From Pseudomonadota bacterium (GTDB lineage Bacteria; Pseudomonadota; Gammaproteobacteria; UBA9214): a DNA stretch of 64,000 nucleotides. The notes beneath the pieces were generated by a model, which ran no database searches, had not been told where the DNA came from, and was given only the letters and a program-made list of their open reading frames with translations. The DNA is taken from the NCBI GenBank assembly GCA_039714975.1, contig JBDLIH010000007.1, positions 4,199-68,198 on the forward strand, read 5' to 3'. Both the position numbers and the translations under genes were made by a program. The first letter of the stretch is position 1, and each line of letters opens with the position of its first letter. Positions 50,947 through 62,151 of the stretch are shown here, one piece after another.

Positions 50947-52914
50947 ATGACCCTGTACCGACAACTAACACTCAGCATCGCTCTGTTGCTCGTCACCGGT
51001 TTCCTGGGTTCCGTGATCATCAGCACGGAAAACCTGCGCACTTTTCTGCTGACCCAACTGGAATCACATGCACAGGACACCGCCACATCGCTGGGCCTAT
51101 CACTGTCTCCACCCATGCAAGTTCGTGACATGACAATCATCACCTCTATGGTTGATGCGGTCTTTGACCGGGGTTACTACCAGCAAATAGACATCACTTC
51201 ACTCAATGGCGAGACGCTGTTGTCCCGCAGCAATCAAACAGGGAACAGGGACGTACCTGCCTGGTTCACGGAGCTCGTTGACCTGCAGCCACCCGCCGCA
51301 GAAGCACTGATCATGTCAGGCTGGCAACAGGCAGGGAAAGTACATGTCGCCAGTCATACAGGGCATGCCTACAATGAATTATGGTCCAACACTGTTGATA
51401 CTTTCCGCCTGTTTCTGGCATTGGCGATCGTCATCATCGTTACCGGTCTCATTGCAGTAAACATCCTGCTACGCCCATTACGTCTGCTTGAGTCACAGGC
51501 GGATGCTATTTGCAATGCGTCATACCCGTTACAAAAGAAGTTACCGCGCACACGTGAACTTCGACGCGTTGTCACGGCCATGAATCGCATGTCCGGGAAA
51601 ATTGGCATTATCTTTGCAGAACAATCCGCATTGACCGAAAGTTTGCGCGTACAAGCCTACAAAGATCCCGTCACCGGCCTGGGTAACAGGCGTTATTTCG
51701 ATCGCCAACTGGAAACACTTCTGGGATCACGCGAAGAACCATCCACGGGGGCATTACTGCTGCTTGAGTTACACGGTCTGTCGGAGATCAACCTGTCCGC
51801 CGGCTATCCGGCAGGTGACCAATACCTGCAAGCTGCCGCCAACCTTATCAGCAAACGGATTAAACGGCTTGATAGTTGTTTTGCTGCAAGAATTTCAGGT
51901 GCCGGTTACGGCATCGTTGCAGTCGGGCTGGACAGGGAGGGTGCAGAGTCTCTGGCTGAGGACCTTTGCCATGAACTGCTACAGCTGCACACCGATGGGC
52001 TCGAAAGCAATGAGAACATCATCGTCCATATTGGAGTAACCCTGTGGAAACAACAGGATGTTTTACACGATCTGCTCGCCGAGGCAGATAGCTCCTTGCG
52101 TGCAGCGCAATCCACCGGCAAGAACAGCTGGAAACATTTTACACCTTCATCAGGTACACAGAAGCCGATTTATGGTAGCGGGCACTGGCGCACTATCCTG
52201 CAGCATGCGATTAACACTGAAAACATCACCCTGTGTACACAGCCTGTCTTCCATACCGGCAGTAAATCAATCATTCTGCCCCATCATGAGATTTTGCTGC
52301 GCATTCCGGACCATGCCGGCAACCCCATCACGGCAGGACTATTTATGCCTATGGCCGAGCGTTTTGGACTGGCGAGTGATTTCGACAAGCTGGCAGTCCG
52401 CAAGCTGCTAACACACATGGAATCGGAGCATAACACCCAACCCGCTTATGCGATCAATCTCTCATCCGGTTCTTTACATAACCCGGTCTTCATCCAGTGG
52501 CTTTGCCGCCGGCTGGAAAGCGCGTCCGAAAACGCCGGACGAATATTAATCGAGTTCCCTGAATACGGTGCACTGATCAATATACAGGACACGCGCAATC
52601 TTATAGAACGACTGGATTCGCTTGGCTGCCAGTGCGGTATAGACCATTTTGGCCAGGGTTTTCATTCTTTTGGCTACTTGCGCAATATAAAGGTCGGCTA
52701 CCTTAAACCTGACGGCAGCTACACACGTGATATTGACAAGGACGAAGACAACCAGTTTCTCATACGCGCACTCACCGAAGCTGCCCACAGCGTAGACATC
52801 GCCGTCATTGCACAGGCAGTTGAGACCAGCGCAGAACGAGATACCCTGACAGCCATGTATCTTGACGGCATCCAGGGATTCCTGACCGGCAGCCCACAAC
52901 CACTACAGACCTGA
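50947..52914 (+). CDS. lapD: LapD-like inner-membrane c-di-GMP receptor (LapD_MoxY_N periplasmic domain, HAMP, degenerate GGDEF and EAL)
   Basis: 655 aa. GGDEF is replaced by ISGAGYG, EAL is degenerate, and DDFG becomes DHFG. Architecture and size match LapD. Confidence 0.75.
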   Translation: MTLYRQLTLSIALLLVTGFLGSVIISTENLRTFLLTQLESHAQDTATSLGLSLSPPMQVRDMTIITSMVDAVFDRGYYQQIDITSLNGETLLSRSNQTGNRDVPAWFTELVDLQPPAAEALIMSGWQQAGKVHVASHTGHAYNELWSNTVDTFRLFLALAIVIIVTGLIAVNILLRPLRLLESQADAICNASYPLQKKLPRTRELRRVVTAMNRMSGKIGIIFAEQSALTESLRVQAYKDPVTGLGNRRYFDRQLETLLGSREEPSTGALLLLELHGLSEINLSAGYPAGDQYLQAAANLISKRIKRLDSCFAARISGAGYGIVAVGLDREGAESLAEDLCHELLQLHTDGLESNENIIVHIGVTLWKQQDVLHDLLAEADSSLRAAQSTGKNSWKHFTPSSGTQKPIYGSGHWRTILQHAINTENITLCTQPVFHTGSKSIILPHHEILLRIPDHAGNPITAGLFMPMAERFGLASDFDKLAVRKLLTHMESEHNTQPAYAINLSSGSLHNPVFIQWLCRRLESASENAGRILIEFPEYGALINIQDTRNLIERLDSLGCQCGIDHFGQGFHSFGYLRNIKVGYLKPDGSYTRDIDKDEDNQFLIRALTEAAHSVDIAVIAQAVETSAERDTLTAMYLDGIQGFLTGSPQPLQT

Positions 52915-52973
52915 ATGCCGGCAATTCGGTCAATATTGCCTTCCTGACAGATTCGCTAAATCGTAGCGGATGT

Positions 52974-53690
52974 GTGCCGATAACAAGCAGGTACACGACT
53001 ATTCAGGAAATTGAAGACATGCCAGCGAGTGACTCACGAAAAGTACCCGTTATTCTTGTAGCGAGTAACAACACACCGCTTACCGACAGATTGACAAGCG
53101 TTCTTGATGAAGTCTTCTCACTCGAGGTCACTACCAGTTCCTCAGGTTTTGGCAGACTGATTAGCCAGTCAAACCCGCACCTGGTTTTTCTTGACCCGGC
53201 CCTTTTTAACGACACCTTGATGGAAACCATCACTGTTGTAATTAATCAGGCCACACAGACACGCATCATTATTCTCGAGGATGATGAAAACATGCCTGTT
53301 GACCAGATGTCCCTGTTCAAAACGGGTGTACACGGGTTTCTATCGCATACGATCACATCCACTCTGCTGTTGAAAGCTGCACACGCCATCTGTAACGGTG
53401 AAATCTGGGTGCCGCGACAGCTTATTACCAAATTAATCGGTGAGCTTGCACGTGACAGCAGCGCAGGTACACACACGCTCAGCTTCGCCGGCAACAGCTC
53501 GATCGAGCATTTAACGCCACGGGAAATGCAAGTCGCGGAAATGGTTCACCGCGGTGGCAACAACAAGGCGATCGCACGTAAACTCGACATATCCGAACGT
53601 ACTGTAAAGGCCCACTTGAGCGCCATATTCCGGAAACTGGACATTGAAAACCGCCTGCACCTGGCACTGTTTTTTAGTGAATTAAGGTAG
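52974..53690 (+). CDS. LuxR-family regulator with an atypical (pseudo) receiver domain
   Basis: C-terminal LuxR HTH LTPREMQVAEMVHRGGNNKAIARKLDISERTVKAHL. N-terminal REC-like domain with the acidic pair replaced (ILVASNN). Confidence 0.7.
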   Translation: MPITSRYTTIQEIEDMPASDSRKVPVILVASNNTPLTDRLTSVLDEVFSLEVTTSSSGFGRLISQSNPHLVFLDPALFNDTLMETITVVINQATQTRIIILEDDENMPVDQMSLFKTGVHGFLSHTITSTLLLKAAHAICNGEIWVPRQLITKLIGELARDSSAGTHTLSFAGNSSIEHLTPREMQVAEMVHRGGNNKAIARKLDISERTVKAHLSAIFRKLDIENRLHLALFFSELR

Positions 53691-53778
53691 CCACTACAAG
53701 GTACCGCCAAGCCGGTCCCGTCCCGGGTTCCTCACAGCAACAGCAAATCACTTTATTTCAGGCATTACTGGCTATAGG

Positions 53779-54957
53779 ATGTCAGTCATGTCGCATGACT
53801 CGATACTATTCTCAATTTTTCTGATTTTTACCGGTGCCGCGGTGCTCGCGGCGCTGGCACTGTATGCACGACAGTCCCTGCTGGTTGCCTACATACTGCT
53901 CGGTGGACTGGTTGGGCCATGGGGTTTGAAGCTGGTCAGCGACACTGCCATCATCCAGCAAATTGGTCACATCGGGATTATTTTCCTGCTGTTCCTTCTC
54001 GGGCTGAACCTGCAGCCCGCACAACTGGTGCGCATGCTGCGTGAAGCCATCGTGGTCACCGTTATCAGTTCCCTGGTTTTTGGCATCGTCGGCATGCTGA
54101 TAGGCTGGGCTTTTGGCTACAACCACTTTGAAAGCCTGATCATTGGTGCTGTCATGATGTTCTCGAGCACAATTATCGGCCTGAAACTGTTACCAACAAC
54201 TGCCTTGCACCACCGTCATGTGGGTCAGGTCATGATCAGTATCCTGCTGCTGCAGGACATCCTTGCCATCGGCATACTGCTTTTCCTGGAGGGCCTGTCA
54301 CAGGCGGTGATGGAGTGGCAACAGGTTGCGGCACTGGCCCTGTCATTGCCCTTGCTCGTCATCATCTCCCTGCTCTTTGAACGCTTCATACTGCAACGAT
54401 TGATGCGGCGTTTCGACACCATACAGGAATACATTTTTCTCACCGCCATTGGCTGGTGCCTTGGCATGGCGCAACTGGCGGAAATCATGGGGCTGTCATA
54501 TGAAATCGGTGCCTTTATTGCCGGCGTCTCGCTGGCTACCAATCCCATTGCCCTGTTTATAGCAGAAAGCTTCAAGCCACTGAGAGACTTCTTTCTTATT
54601 ATGTTTTTCTTCTCCCTGGGTGCCAGTTTTAACATTACAATATTACCGGAAGTCATTATTCCTGCTGCAGTTATTGCCTCATTAATGCTGATTTTCAAGC
54701 CCCTTGTATTTGCCCACCTGCTGCGGCAATCCGGCGAATCATCGGGGCTCTCAAACGAGGTTGGCGTGCGTCTGGGGCAAGTCAGTGAATTCTCCCTGAT
54801 GATCGCCGTGCTGGCGCTTAATGCTGGCGCCATAGGCTCCAGGGCCTCCTATCTGATTCAGGCAACCACCCTGATCACATTTATTGTTTCTTCCTACATC
54901 ATCATGCTGAATTATCCAACCCCGATAGCCGTAAGCGACCGACTCAGAAAAGACTAG
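53779..54957 (+). CDS. Cation:proton antiporter (CPA/Kef-type Na+/H+ exchanger family membrane protein)
   Basis: About 11 TM helices. Na_H exchanger family pattern. Confidence 0.7.
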   Translation: MSVMSHDSILFSIFLIFTGAAVLAALALYARQSLLVAYILLGGLVGPWGLKLVSDTAIIQQIGHIGIIFLLFLLGLNLQPAQLVRMLREAIVVTVISSLVFGIVGMLIGWAFGYNHFESLIIGAVMMFSSTIIGLKLLPTTALHHRHVGQVMISILLLQDILAIGILLFLEGLSQAVMEWQQVAALALSLPLLVIISLLFERFILQRLMRRFDTIQEYIFLTAIGWCLGMAQLAEIMGLSYEIGAFIAGVSLATNPIALFIAESFKPLRDFFLIMFFFSLGASFNITILPEVIIPAAVIASLMLIFKPLVFAHLLRQSGESSGLSNEVGVRLGQVSEFSLMIAVLALNAGAIGSRASYLIQATTLITFIVSSYIIMLNYPTPIAVSDRLRKD

Positions 54958-55082
54958 CCGGGGTATCAGGATGTCCTGCACTTTGATGGCTAATATTGTG
55001 TACAATCATCCGCGACACTGGCACAGGCAGTACCCGGGCCGGTAACCAGAAAACAGAACAGACCTCTGGAGCTCAGGGATAT

Positions 55083-56483
55083 ATGGCACACCCGCAGCAT
55101 GCCAAGACACCCAAACTTAATGCCCTGTTGATTGGCAAAAGGACTGTACCCAGCGGTTGCAGGGTGCTCAATGTCAGCCAGCAAGGCATGTCATTGCAAT
55201 GTGATCCTGATGGCCGTTTGCTGACCTTCATTAATGGCGACACTGTTGATATCTACCTGTCTGTCCAGCATATCAACGGACACAATAAATTCACTATTCC
55301 CGCCATAGTCAGTCACGTTGATGAAAGCACTATTGATGTTGTCTTTCACTGTACCGACCCCGAACTCGCCGGATTGATTGAGTCTTACCGAACCAGCAAG
55401 TCACACAACCTTGAAGCCTCGATTGACCACCGACAGGCCGGCAGGAAAGAGAGTACGGTCAAACCTGTCGCTGCAAATGAAAGCGTCAGCTATAACGCAC
55501 AAACCAAGGGACCCACCAGCCAGAGCAGTCGATCATTTTATTCAGGTCTATTTGCCCTGTTTATTACCACTCTGGTCCTTCTCGGTGCGTACTACTACAT
55601 TTCCAGTATCAATAAGCGCCTGAATACACTGGAAACGGCCAGCCGTTCCCACACTGATGAACTTGCCGAGGTGCAGACGCAGGTATTCAGCAGCCGCCTG
55701 CAAGACGGCAGATACGCATCGCTCAATGCACGCATGAAAGCCCTGACCGATGCCTTCCAGTCATTTGAAAAACGGGTCACACAAACACTGCCACAAGAAC
55801 CGGTTATCGTCGCTACGGCAGCGCCTGAACCAGTCAGGGAAGCAGCACCTCGTGAAGCTCGAAAACCGACCGTTGGCACTCCAAAACCACAGACAGAAGC
55901 AAGGAAGAAGGCCACCGCACCTGTCGAGAAGAAACCAAAGACCGCATCACCTGCCAAAGAAGCACACGTCGTCATGGCAGAGAAGCAAACTATTGAGGAA
56001 CCAGATACACCTTCCCTGCAGAAATACCCGGCCATCAAGACCCAAGCCACTGCTCCAGCCGCAACCACACCGGCCCAAACTGTGCCGAAAGCGGCCCCAT
56101 CAGCCACGAGCCAGGACAAACCTGACAAGACCGGAACAAAACAAACACCCGCAATCAAACAGGGACCTGCAGCAAGACCCGCTGCACCCCCTGTGGTGCC
56201 CCCTGTAGCCACGCCAACGCGGACAGAGAAACCTGCAACCGCTCGTACAGGACCGTGGGTTATCAACCTGCTCTCATCAACTGACAAGGCATATGTAGAA
56301 AAAGCCATGGCTGATATACAGTCAAAGGGATTTAACGTTGTCATAAAAAGTGCAACTGTCAAGGGCAGGCAATACTGGCGCCTGCAAGCACCCGGTTTCG
56401 GGTCAATGGCAAAAGCCAAAACCGCCGCCGAGCCCATCAAAGAGCAACTGAAAATAAAGGATGTCTGGATCTTCAAGCGCTAA
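55083..56483 (+). CDS. PilZ-like N-terminal domain, TM helix, Pro/Ala-rich linker and C-terminal SPOR peptidoglycan-binding domain
   Basis: NVSQQGMSL (DxSxxG-like) with an RxxxxxxR upstream. One TM helix. SPOR-like C-terminus GPWVINLLSSTDKAYVEKA...VKGRQYWRLQAPGFGSMAKAK. Start refined to MAHPQHAK. Confidence 0.55.
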   Translation: MAHPQHAKTPKLNALLIGKRTVPSGCRVLNVSQQGMSLQCDPDGRLLTFINGDTVDIYLSVQHINGHNKFTIPAIVSHVDESTIDVVFHCTDPELAGLIESYRTSKSHNLEASIDHRQAGRKESTVKPVAANESVSYNAQTKGPTSQSSRSFYSGLFALFITTLVLLGAYYYISSINKRLNTLETASRSHTDELAEVQTQVFSSRLQDGRYASLNARMKALTDAFQSFEKRVTQTLPQEPVIVATAAPEPVREAAPREARKPTVGTPKPQTEARKKATAPVEKKPKTASPAKEAHVVMAEKQTIEEPDTPSLQKYPAIKTQATAPAATTPAQTVPKAAPSATSQDKPDKTGTKQTPAIKQGPAARPAAPPVVPPVATPTRTEKPATARTGPWVINLLSSTDKAYVEKAMADIQSKGFNVVIKSATVKGRQYWRLQAPGFGSMAKAKTAAEPIKEQLKIKDVWIFKR

Positions 56484-56520
56484 TGCACCAGACACGATCC
56501 AAACTTCAAGGACAACAAAA

Positions 56521-56546
56521 AAGCCCGCACAAAGCGGGCGTTTTTT
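56521..56546. terminator. Bidirectional rho-independent terminator (GCCCGC-acaa-GCGGGC flanked by A- and T-runs)
   Basis: Lies between the convergent PilZ-SPOR gene and tRNA-Glu. Confidence 0.75.
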
Positions 56547-56549
56547 ATG

Positions 56550-56626
<77 letters not shown>

Positions 56627-56670
56627 TAGAAACATAAAACAAGGGCTGAACGGGTCAGCCCTTGTTCGTT

Positions 56671-56746
56671 TGGTGGAGCCAGGCGGGATCGAACCGCCGA
56701 CCCCTTGCATGCCATGCAAGTGCTCTCCCAGCTGAGCTATGGCCCC
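56671..56746 (-). tRNA. tRNA-Ala (UGC)
   Basis: Reverse complement GGGGCCATAGCTCAGCTGGGAGAGCACTTGCATGGCATGCAAGGGGTCGGCGGTTCGATCCCGCCTGGCTCCACCA. Confidence 0.9.
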
Positions 56747-56857
56747 GTAAAACGAAGCGCGCAATTTACGTCAGGCGCCCTGTGCTGTCAAGACAGAAGC
56801 CGCATTTTCCCGCCTTTGCCACCCCCTAACTGCCTGAAGTTCTGAAAAATACTGTCT

Positions 56858-58555
56858 CTATGCCTTTTGCTGCTGCTCAATCTTCGCCCATGAGTCACGC
56901 AAGGTCACAGTACGATTGAAGACAAGCCGAGCGCTATCCTGTTGATCCTGATCCAGACAGAAATAACCTTCCCGTTCAAACTGGAAACGCTCTCCCGCCT
57001 GTGCCTCTGCCAGGGATGGTTCAACAATGCAGTGCATAACCGTTCGCAGTGAATCCGGGTTCAGGTAGTCCTTGTAGTCCCCGTCCTCTTTTGCCGCATC
57101 CGGGATCGGGTTGCTAAATAATCGATCATACAGACGAACTTCCGCCTCTATACCGTGCATGACAGATACCCAGTGAATGACACCTTTCACCTTGCGCCCT
57201 TCAGGATTAGCCCCCAGTGTCGCAGGATCATAACTGCAATGCAGTTCAATAATCTCACCATGCGCGTCCTTGATCACTTCATCACAACGTATCACGTAGG
57301 CATTTCGCAACCGCACTTCACCTCCACTCACAAGCCGCTTGAACTTCTTTGATGCCTCTTCCCTGAAATCGTTCCTGTCTATGTACAGTTCAGCGGTGAA
57401 GGGAATTTTACGGTTACCCAGCGACTCTTCCTGCGGGTGATTGGCAACGTCAAGCTGTTCAACCTGATCCTGCGGGTAATTCCTTATAATAACCTTCAAA
57501 GGATGAATGACCCCCATTCGTCGTGGTGCATTCACATTCAGGTCTTCACGAATGCAGTTTTCCAGCACACCCATCTGTACCGTGTTTTCTGATTTGCTAA
57601 CGCCAATACGGGTACAAAAATCGCGTATTGATTCTGGCGTATAACCACGTCGCCGCAGCCCGGCAATCGTCGGCATACGCGGGTCATTCCAGCCTTCCAC
57701 CCGGCCTTCATCGACCAATTCCGTCAGCTTGCGCTTGCTCATTACCGTGTACTCAAGGTTCAGGCGTGAGAACTCGATTTGCTGTGGATGACAGGGCACG
57801 GAAGTATTATCCAGCACCCAGTCGTACAACGGGCGGTGATCCGCAAATTCCAGCGTACACAGGGAGTGCGTAATACCTTCAAGCGCATCTGAGATCGGGT
57901 GGGTAAAATCGTACATCGGGTAGATGCACCAGGCCTCACCGGTCTGATGGTGAATGACGCCATGACGAATGCGGTACAGCGTCGGGTCACGCATATTCAT
58001 ATTGGGCGAAGCCATATCAATCCTGGCACGCAGCACCCGAGCCCCGTCTTCGAACTCACCAGCACGCATGCGTGCCAGCAGATCAAGATTTTCCTCAACA
58101 CTACGGTCCCGGTATGGGCTTGGCGTACCGGGTTCCGTCAGGGTACCGCGATATTCACGGGTTTGCTCGGCTGTCAGATCACAGACATAGGCCTTGCCCG
58201 CCTGTACCAGCTCGACTGCTGCATCGAACAGATGTTCGAAATAATCTGATGCATAGAAAAGGTGATCACCCCAGTTGTAGCCCAGCCAGCGCACATCCTG
58301 CTGAATCGACTCGACATACTCAATGTTTTCTTTATGCGGATTGGTATCATCGAAACGCAGATTACAGGTACCCTGGTAGTCATCCGCGATCCCGAAATTC
58401 AGACAGATCGACTTGGCATGACCGATATGCAGATAGCCATTCGGTTCCGGTGGAAATCGTGTTGTAACCTTGCCGCCATTCTTGTTTGCCTCAATATCGC
58501 CATCGATAATATGGCGTATAAAGTTGCCTGCCGTTACTGCTACCTCATCATTCAT
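56858..58555 (-). CDS. glnS: Glutaminyl-tRNA synthetase
   Basis: [16 protein letters not shown] (HIGH) and VMSKR (KMSKS). Overlaps the gltX stop. Confidence 0.9.
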   Translation of the reverse strand: MNDEVAVTAGNFIRHIIDGDIEANKNGGKVTTRFPPEPNGYLHIGHAKSICLNFGIADDYQGTCNLRFDDTNPHKENIEYVESIQQDVRWLGYNWGDHLFYASDYFEHLFDAAVELVQAGKAYVCDLTAEQTREYRGTLTEPGTPSPYRDRSVEENLDLLARMRAGEFEDGARVLRARIDMASPNMNMRDPTLYRIRHGVIHHQTGEAWCIYPMYDFTHPISDALEGITHSLCTLEFADHRPLYDWVLDNTSVPCHPQQIEFSRLNLEYTVMSKRKLTELVDEGRVEGWNDPRMPTIAGLRRRGYTPESIRDFCTRIGVSKSENTVQMGVLENCIREDLNVNAPRRMGVIHPLKVIIRNYPQDQVEQLDVANHPQEESLGNRKIPFTAELYIDRNDFREEASKKFKRLVSGGEVRLRNAYVIRCDEVIKDAHGEIIELHCSYDPATLGANPEGRKVKGVIHWVSVMHGIEAEVRLYDRLFSNPIPDAAKEDGDYKDYLNPDSLRTVMHCIVEPSLAEAQAGERFQFEREGYFCLDQDQQDSARLVFNRTVTLRDSWAKIEQQQKA

Positions 58556-59967
58556 GCTGCGTTCTCTTCCACACGTTTATTTATGTACTGCAGCGCCCTG
58601 TCGATACGGCGCAGGCAGGCCTCTCTTCCAACCAATTCCAGCGTGACATCAATGCCGGGAGAGGCAGCCCTGCCGACCACGGCCACACGCAATGGCTGCG
58701 CAACCTTGCCCATTTTCAGATCCAGCGACTCAGCCACATCGATAACCACCTGATGCAGTTTCTCTGCTTCCCAGTCTTCCTGTATGGCAAGCCGTTCCCG
58801 GACCTGTTGCAGTGGTTCACGGGCAGTTGCCTTCAGATGTTTCTTGGCCGCCTTTTCATCAAAGTCTTCATAATCACGATAGAAGAATGCACTAATCTCT
58901 GCCATTTCTACCAGCGTCCTGGCACGCTCCTGCTGTTGGCGCACTACTTCAACAATATCCGGACCGCTTGCAGGATCAATATCCAGATCACCCAGATGCG
59001 GGCTAAGCAAGCGCGCAATTCTTACAGGGTCCGCACTCTTGATATAATGCTGATTGATCCACAGCAGCTTCTCTGTATTGAAGGCGGATGCCGCCTTGTT
59101 GACATCCTTAATATCAAACAGCTCGACCATCTGATCGAGGGTAAAGAGTTCCTCATCACCATGCGACCAGCCCAGACGTACCAGATAGTTAAGCAGCGCT
59201 TCAGGCAATATGCCCTGATTGCGGTACTCCATGACGCTGACTGCGCCATGGCGTTTTGACAAGCGTGAACCATCATCCCCAAGAATCATCGGCACATGGG
59301 CATAACGCGGTGGATCCTCACCCAGAGCCTTGAGAATATTTACCTGACGTGGCGTGTTGTTGACATGATCATCTCCGCGAATTACATCGGTAATCCCCAT
59401 GTCCAGGTCATCAACCACCACCGTCAGGTTATAGGTCGGAGACCCGTCTGTTCGACGAATAATCAGGTCATCCAGTTCATCATTCCGGAAAACGATTTTA
59501 CCGCGCACCTGGTCATCGACAATGACACTGCCTTCAGGCGGGTTACGGAAGCGGACGACATGCAGCTCATCGGCAGTAATCAATTTCCCGCGACAATGGC
59601 CATCATAGCGCGGTTTCTCCTTGCGCTGCATCTGCCCTTCACGCAAGGCCTCCAGGCGTTCCCTGGAACAACTACAGCGATAAGCCAGTTTTTTGTCCAG
59701 CAATTCATCAATGACTTCGTTGTAGCGATCAAACCGTTTGGTCTGGTAGAACGGGCCTTCATCATAGTCCAGCCCCAACCAGGTCATCGCTTCCAGGATG
59801 GCATTAATGGACTCAGTCGTGGAACGCTCAAGGTCGGTATCTTCAATACGCAGCACATACTTGCCGCCATGCTTGCGGGCATGCAACCAGGAAAACAGGG
59901 CGGTGCGTGCACCACCGACATGCAGATAGCCCGTCGGACTGGGTGCAAAGCGTGTTTTGGTGCTCAT
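58552..59967 (-). CDS. gltX: Glutamyl-tRNA synthetase
   Basis: [26 protein letters not shown]-terminus. KLSKR motif. Confidence 0.95.
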   Translation of the reverse strand: MSTKTRFAPSPTGYLHVGGARTALFSWLHARKHGGKYVLRIEDTDLERSTTESINAILEAMTWLGLDYDEGPFYQTKRFDRYNEVIDELLDKKLAYRCSCSRERLEALREGQMQRKEKPRYDGHCRGKLITADELHVVRFRNPPEGSVIVDDQVRGKIVFRNDELDDLIIRRTDGSPTYNLTVVVDDLDMGITDVIRGDDHVNNTPRQVNILKALGEDPPRYAHVPMILGDDGSRLSKRHGAVSVMEYRNQGILPEALLNYLVRLGWSHGDEELFTLDQMVELFDIKDVNKAASAFNTEKLLWINQHYIKSADPVRIARLLSPHLGDLDIDPASGPDIVEVVRQQQERARTLVEMAEISAFFYRDYEDFDEKAAKKHLKATAREPLQQVRERLAIQEDWEAEKLHQVVIDVAESLDLKMGKVAQPLRVAVVGRAASPGIDVTLELVGREACLRRIDRALQYINKRVEENAA

Positions 59968-60026
59968 CAGGTCAATTACTCGATAAAAAAGAGAGAAAGT
60001 TTACCCCATAAGTCGACCAACAGGTA

Positions 60027-62093
60027 TCAGACAATGCCCGGGTCAGGATCACTGATCGTAATCAGGCTGGTGAGTGCATAACGCAATTTTTCCTGATCTA
60101 CAGGTTTCAGAAGAAATCGGGACACACCTAACCGGTCACATTTTTCATATATCTCGGTCGTTGCATCACCGGTCACGACAAAAATCGGTATGGCCACATC
60201 CTCCGACGTCCGTGCCCGGTACAATTCAATCACGTCAAAACCGGACATACCCGGCATCTGGATGTCAAGCACCATCAAGTTATATACACCACTGCGCAAT
60301 TTTTCCAGTGCCATTGGGCCTGATGAGGCGAAATCCGACTCGACACCGATATCATCCAGCATGGCTTTCATCACATGACGATTCAGCCTGCAGTCGTCCG
60401 TCACCAGCACATTGAGCCTTTTTCCACTCTCCAAAAAAATCGCAAGATCATCTCTCAGATTATCTCGTGTGTGTGTATCCAGCATCCGGGAAGCATAAGA
60501 AAGCACATTCTCAATCTGCTCACAGGTCTCTATTACCAGGTGAAATCCTGCACGAAGATAGTCATCGTGTTTACTTGCATCCTCACAAAGTACAACCAGG
60601 CAGGAACCTGCCTTATGACCCTGGCGGATTACATCATCAATCTCGGCATCAGTAACCGCACACGAATCCACGATTACGCAGCATTCACCCAAATCAATAT
60701 CAGAGCGATCCAGTTCGCCCCAGTTATCGAATGCCCTCATCCCGCCAAATACGGCAGGTACTGTGTCTTGCGGTAGCCTCGTGCCAACTACACAGCAACC
60801 GGGCAGCGTACCCTTTGATCTACTTCCTGTTTGCTGATCACCAGACACCTCTACCAAAGGTATATGAAACCAGAATCGACTCCCCTTATTTTCTTCGCTC
60901 TCAAGGCCAATCTGTCCACCCATCAAGTCAACAAGTCGTTTCGCAATCGATGTTCCCAGCCCGGTTCCGCCATAGCGTCGTTGCACAGAGTCATCCGCCT
61001 GCCGAAAACGCTCAAAGATACGAGACTGCATGGCTGACGGTACTCCAACACCGGTATCGATCACCTCAAACAGGATTTGCCTGTTGCCATCTTCACTCTG
61101 AAAACTGCTGATCCTGACCTTAATCTCACCAACGGACGTAAATTTGACTGCATTCCCCACCAGATTCACCAGAATCTGTTGCAAATGGTCAACATCACCA
61201 CGCACCCGGGGCGGCAGGGTGATATCCATATCAGTGATGTACCTGACGCCACCCTGCTCAGCATGCATCGAGAACATGCCTTCGACCGAGCGAATCAGCC
61301 CATATAAATTGAACGTTTCCTCTTCTATGCGTACATGGCCTGACTCAATCCTGGATAAATCCAGTACACCCTCAACGAGCGTTGTAAGACTTGCGGAGGC
61401 ATCTCTTATACTTCTCGTTATCTGTGCCCGCCTGACATCATCCATTTCCCGGTCCAGCATCTGACTAAACCCCGCCACAGCATTCAGCGGTGTCCTGATC
61501 TCATGACTGACGTTTGCCAGAAATCTGGTTTTTTCCTGATTGGCTTTCTCTGCTTTGTCTTTTTCCAATTGCAATCTCTTCAACATTATCGACACGTACA
61601 GCGGAATAATAGAGAGCAAAATGATACCCATAACTGTAAACAGCACCTCTTCACTCCAGAATGTTGTTGTATTAACAACAACGATAAAGCCAGCTAACGA
61701 CAATATCGCACAAATAATAAGCTCCTTATATCCATATCTAAAACCATTTCCAACCGTGAGCCATAGATATACAGCAAAGAATGGGACACCATAGTCACCT
61801 AACAAAAAGAGCAGAGCGCACACTAGTGCAACATCAAATACCATGTAGACAGTATGTCTCCACTGCATACCATTCGGGTATAAATATGTTTGAAAAATAA
61901 TTATTAGCGAGAAAACTGTATAAAAGACACCCAATGTAATAACTGGATGATGGAAACCACCATCTAATCTATCTGTTAGCGCCAGAAACGCCGCATATAA
62001 AACACCGCTGACAACCAGCAATAACCGCATACCAGCCTGCTCCAGTTCGACATTCCTGCTTGCCTCTTGCAACAACCCCTTTCTAGCTTCCAT
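60027..62093 (-). CDS. Hybrid sensor histidine kinase / response regulator with an N-terminal polytopic membrane sensor domain
   Basis: About six N-terminal TM helices. H-box ANVSHEIRTPLNAV. HATPase G-boxes. C-terminal REC (VLVTDDCRLNRHVMKAML...LMVLDIQMPGMSG). Confidence 0.85.
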   Translation of the reverse strand: MEARKGLLQEASRNVELEQAGMRLLLVVSGVLYAAFLALTDRLDGGFHHPVITLGVFYTVFSLIIIFQTYLYPNGMQWRHTVYMVFDVALVCALLFLLGDYGVPFFAVYLWLTVGNGFRYGYKELIICAILSLAGFIVVVNTTTFWSEEVLFTVMGIILLSIIPLYVSIMLKRLQLEKDKAEKANQEKTRFLANVSHEIRTPLNAVAGFSQMLDREMDDVRRAQITRSIRDASASLTTLVEGVLDLSRIESGHVRIEEETFNLYGLIRSVEGMFSMHAEQGGVRYITDMDITLPPRVRGDVDHLQQILVNLVGNAVKFTSVGEIKVRISSFQSEDGNRQILFEVIDTGVGVPSAMQSRIFERFRQADDSVQRRYGGTGLGTSIAKRLVDLMGGQIGLESEENKGSRFWFHIPLVEVSGDQQTGSRSKGTLPGCCVVGTRLPQDTVPAVFGGMRAFDNWGELDRSDIDLGECCVIVDSCAVTDAEIDDVIRQGHKAGSCLVVLCEDASKHDDYLRAGFHLVIETCEQIENVLSYASRMLDTHTRDNLRDDLAIFLESGKRLNVLVTDDCRLNRHVMKAMLDDIGVESDFASSGPMALEKLRSGVYNLMVLDIQMPGMSGFDVIELYRARTSEDVAIPIFVVTGDATTEIYEKCDRLGVSRFLLKPVDQEKLRYALTSLITISDPDPGIV

Positions 62094-62151
62094 TAAATAA
62101 TTTCCTTTATTAATAAGCCAATAATACTAGCTCAAGAGTCCCGAATTTTCA

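Noticed and set aside
54225-54833. 202-aa antisense ORF inside the antiporter gene
   Set aside because: Embedded antisense to a polytopic membrane protein ORF. Low-complexity, Arg-rich.
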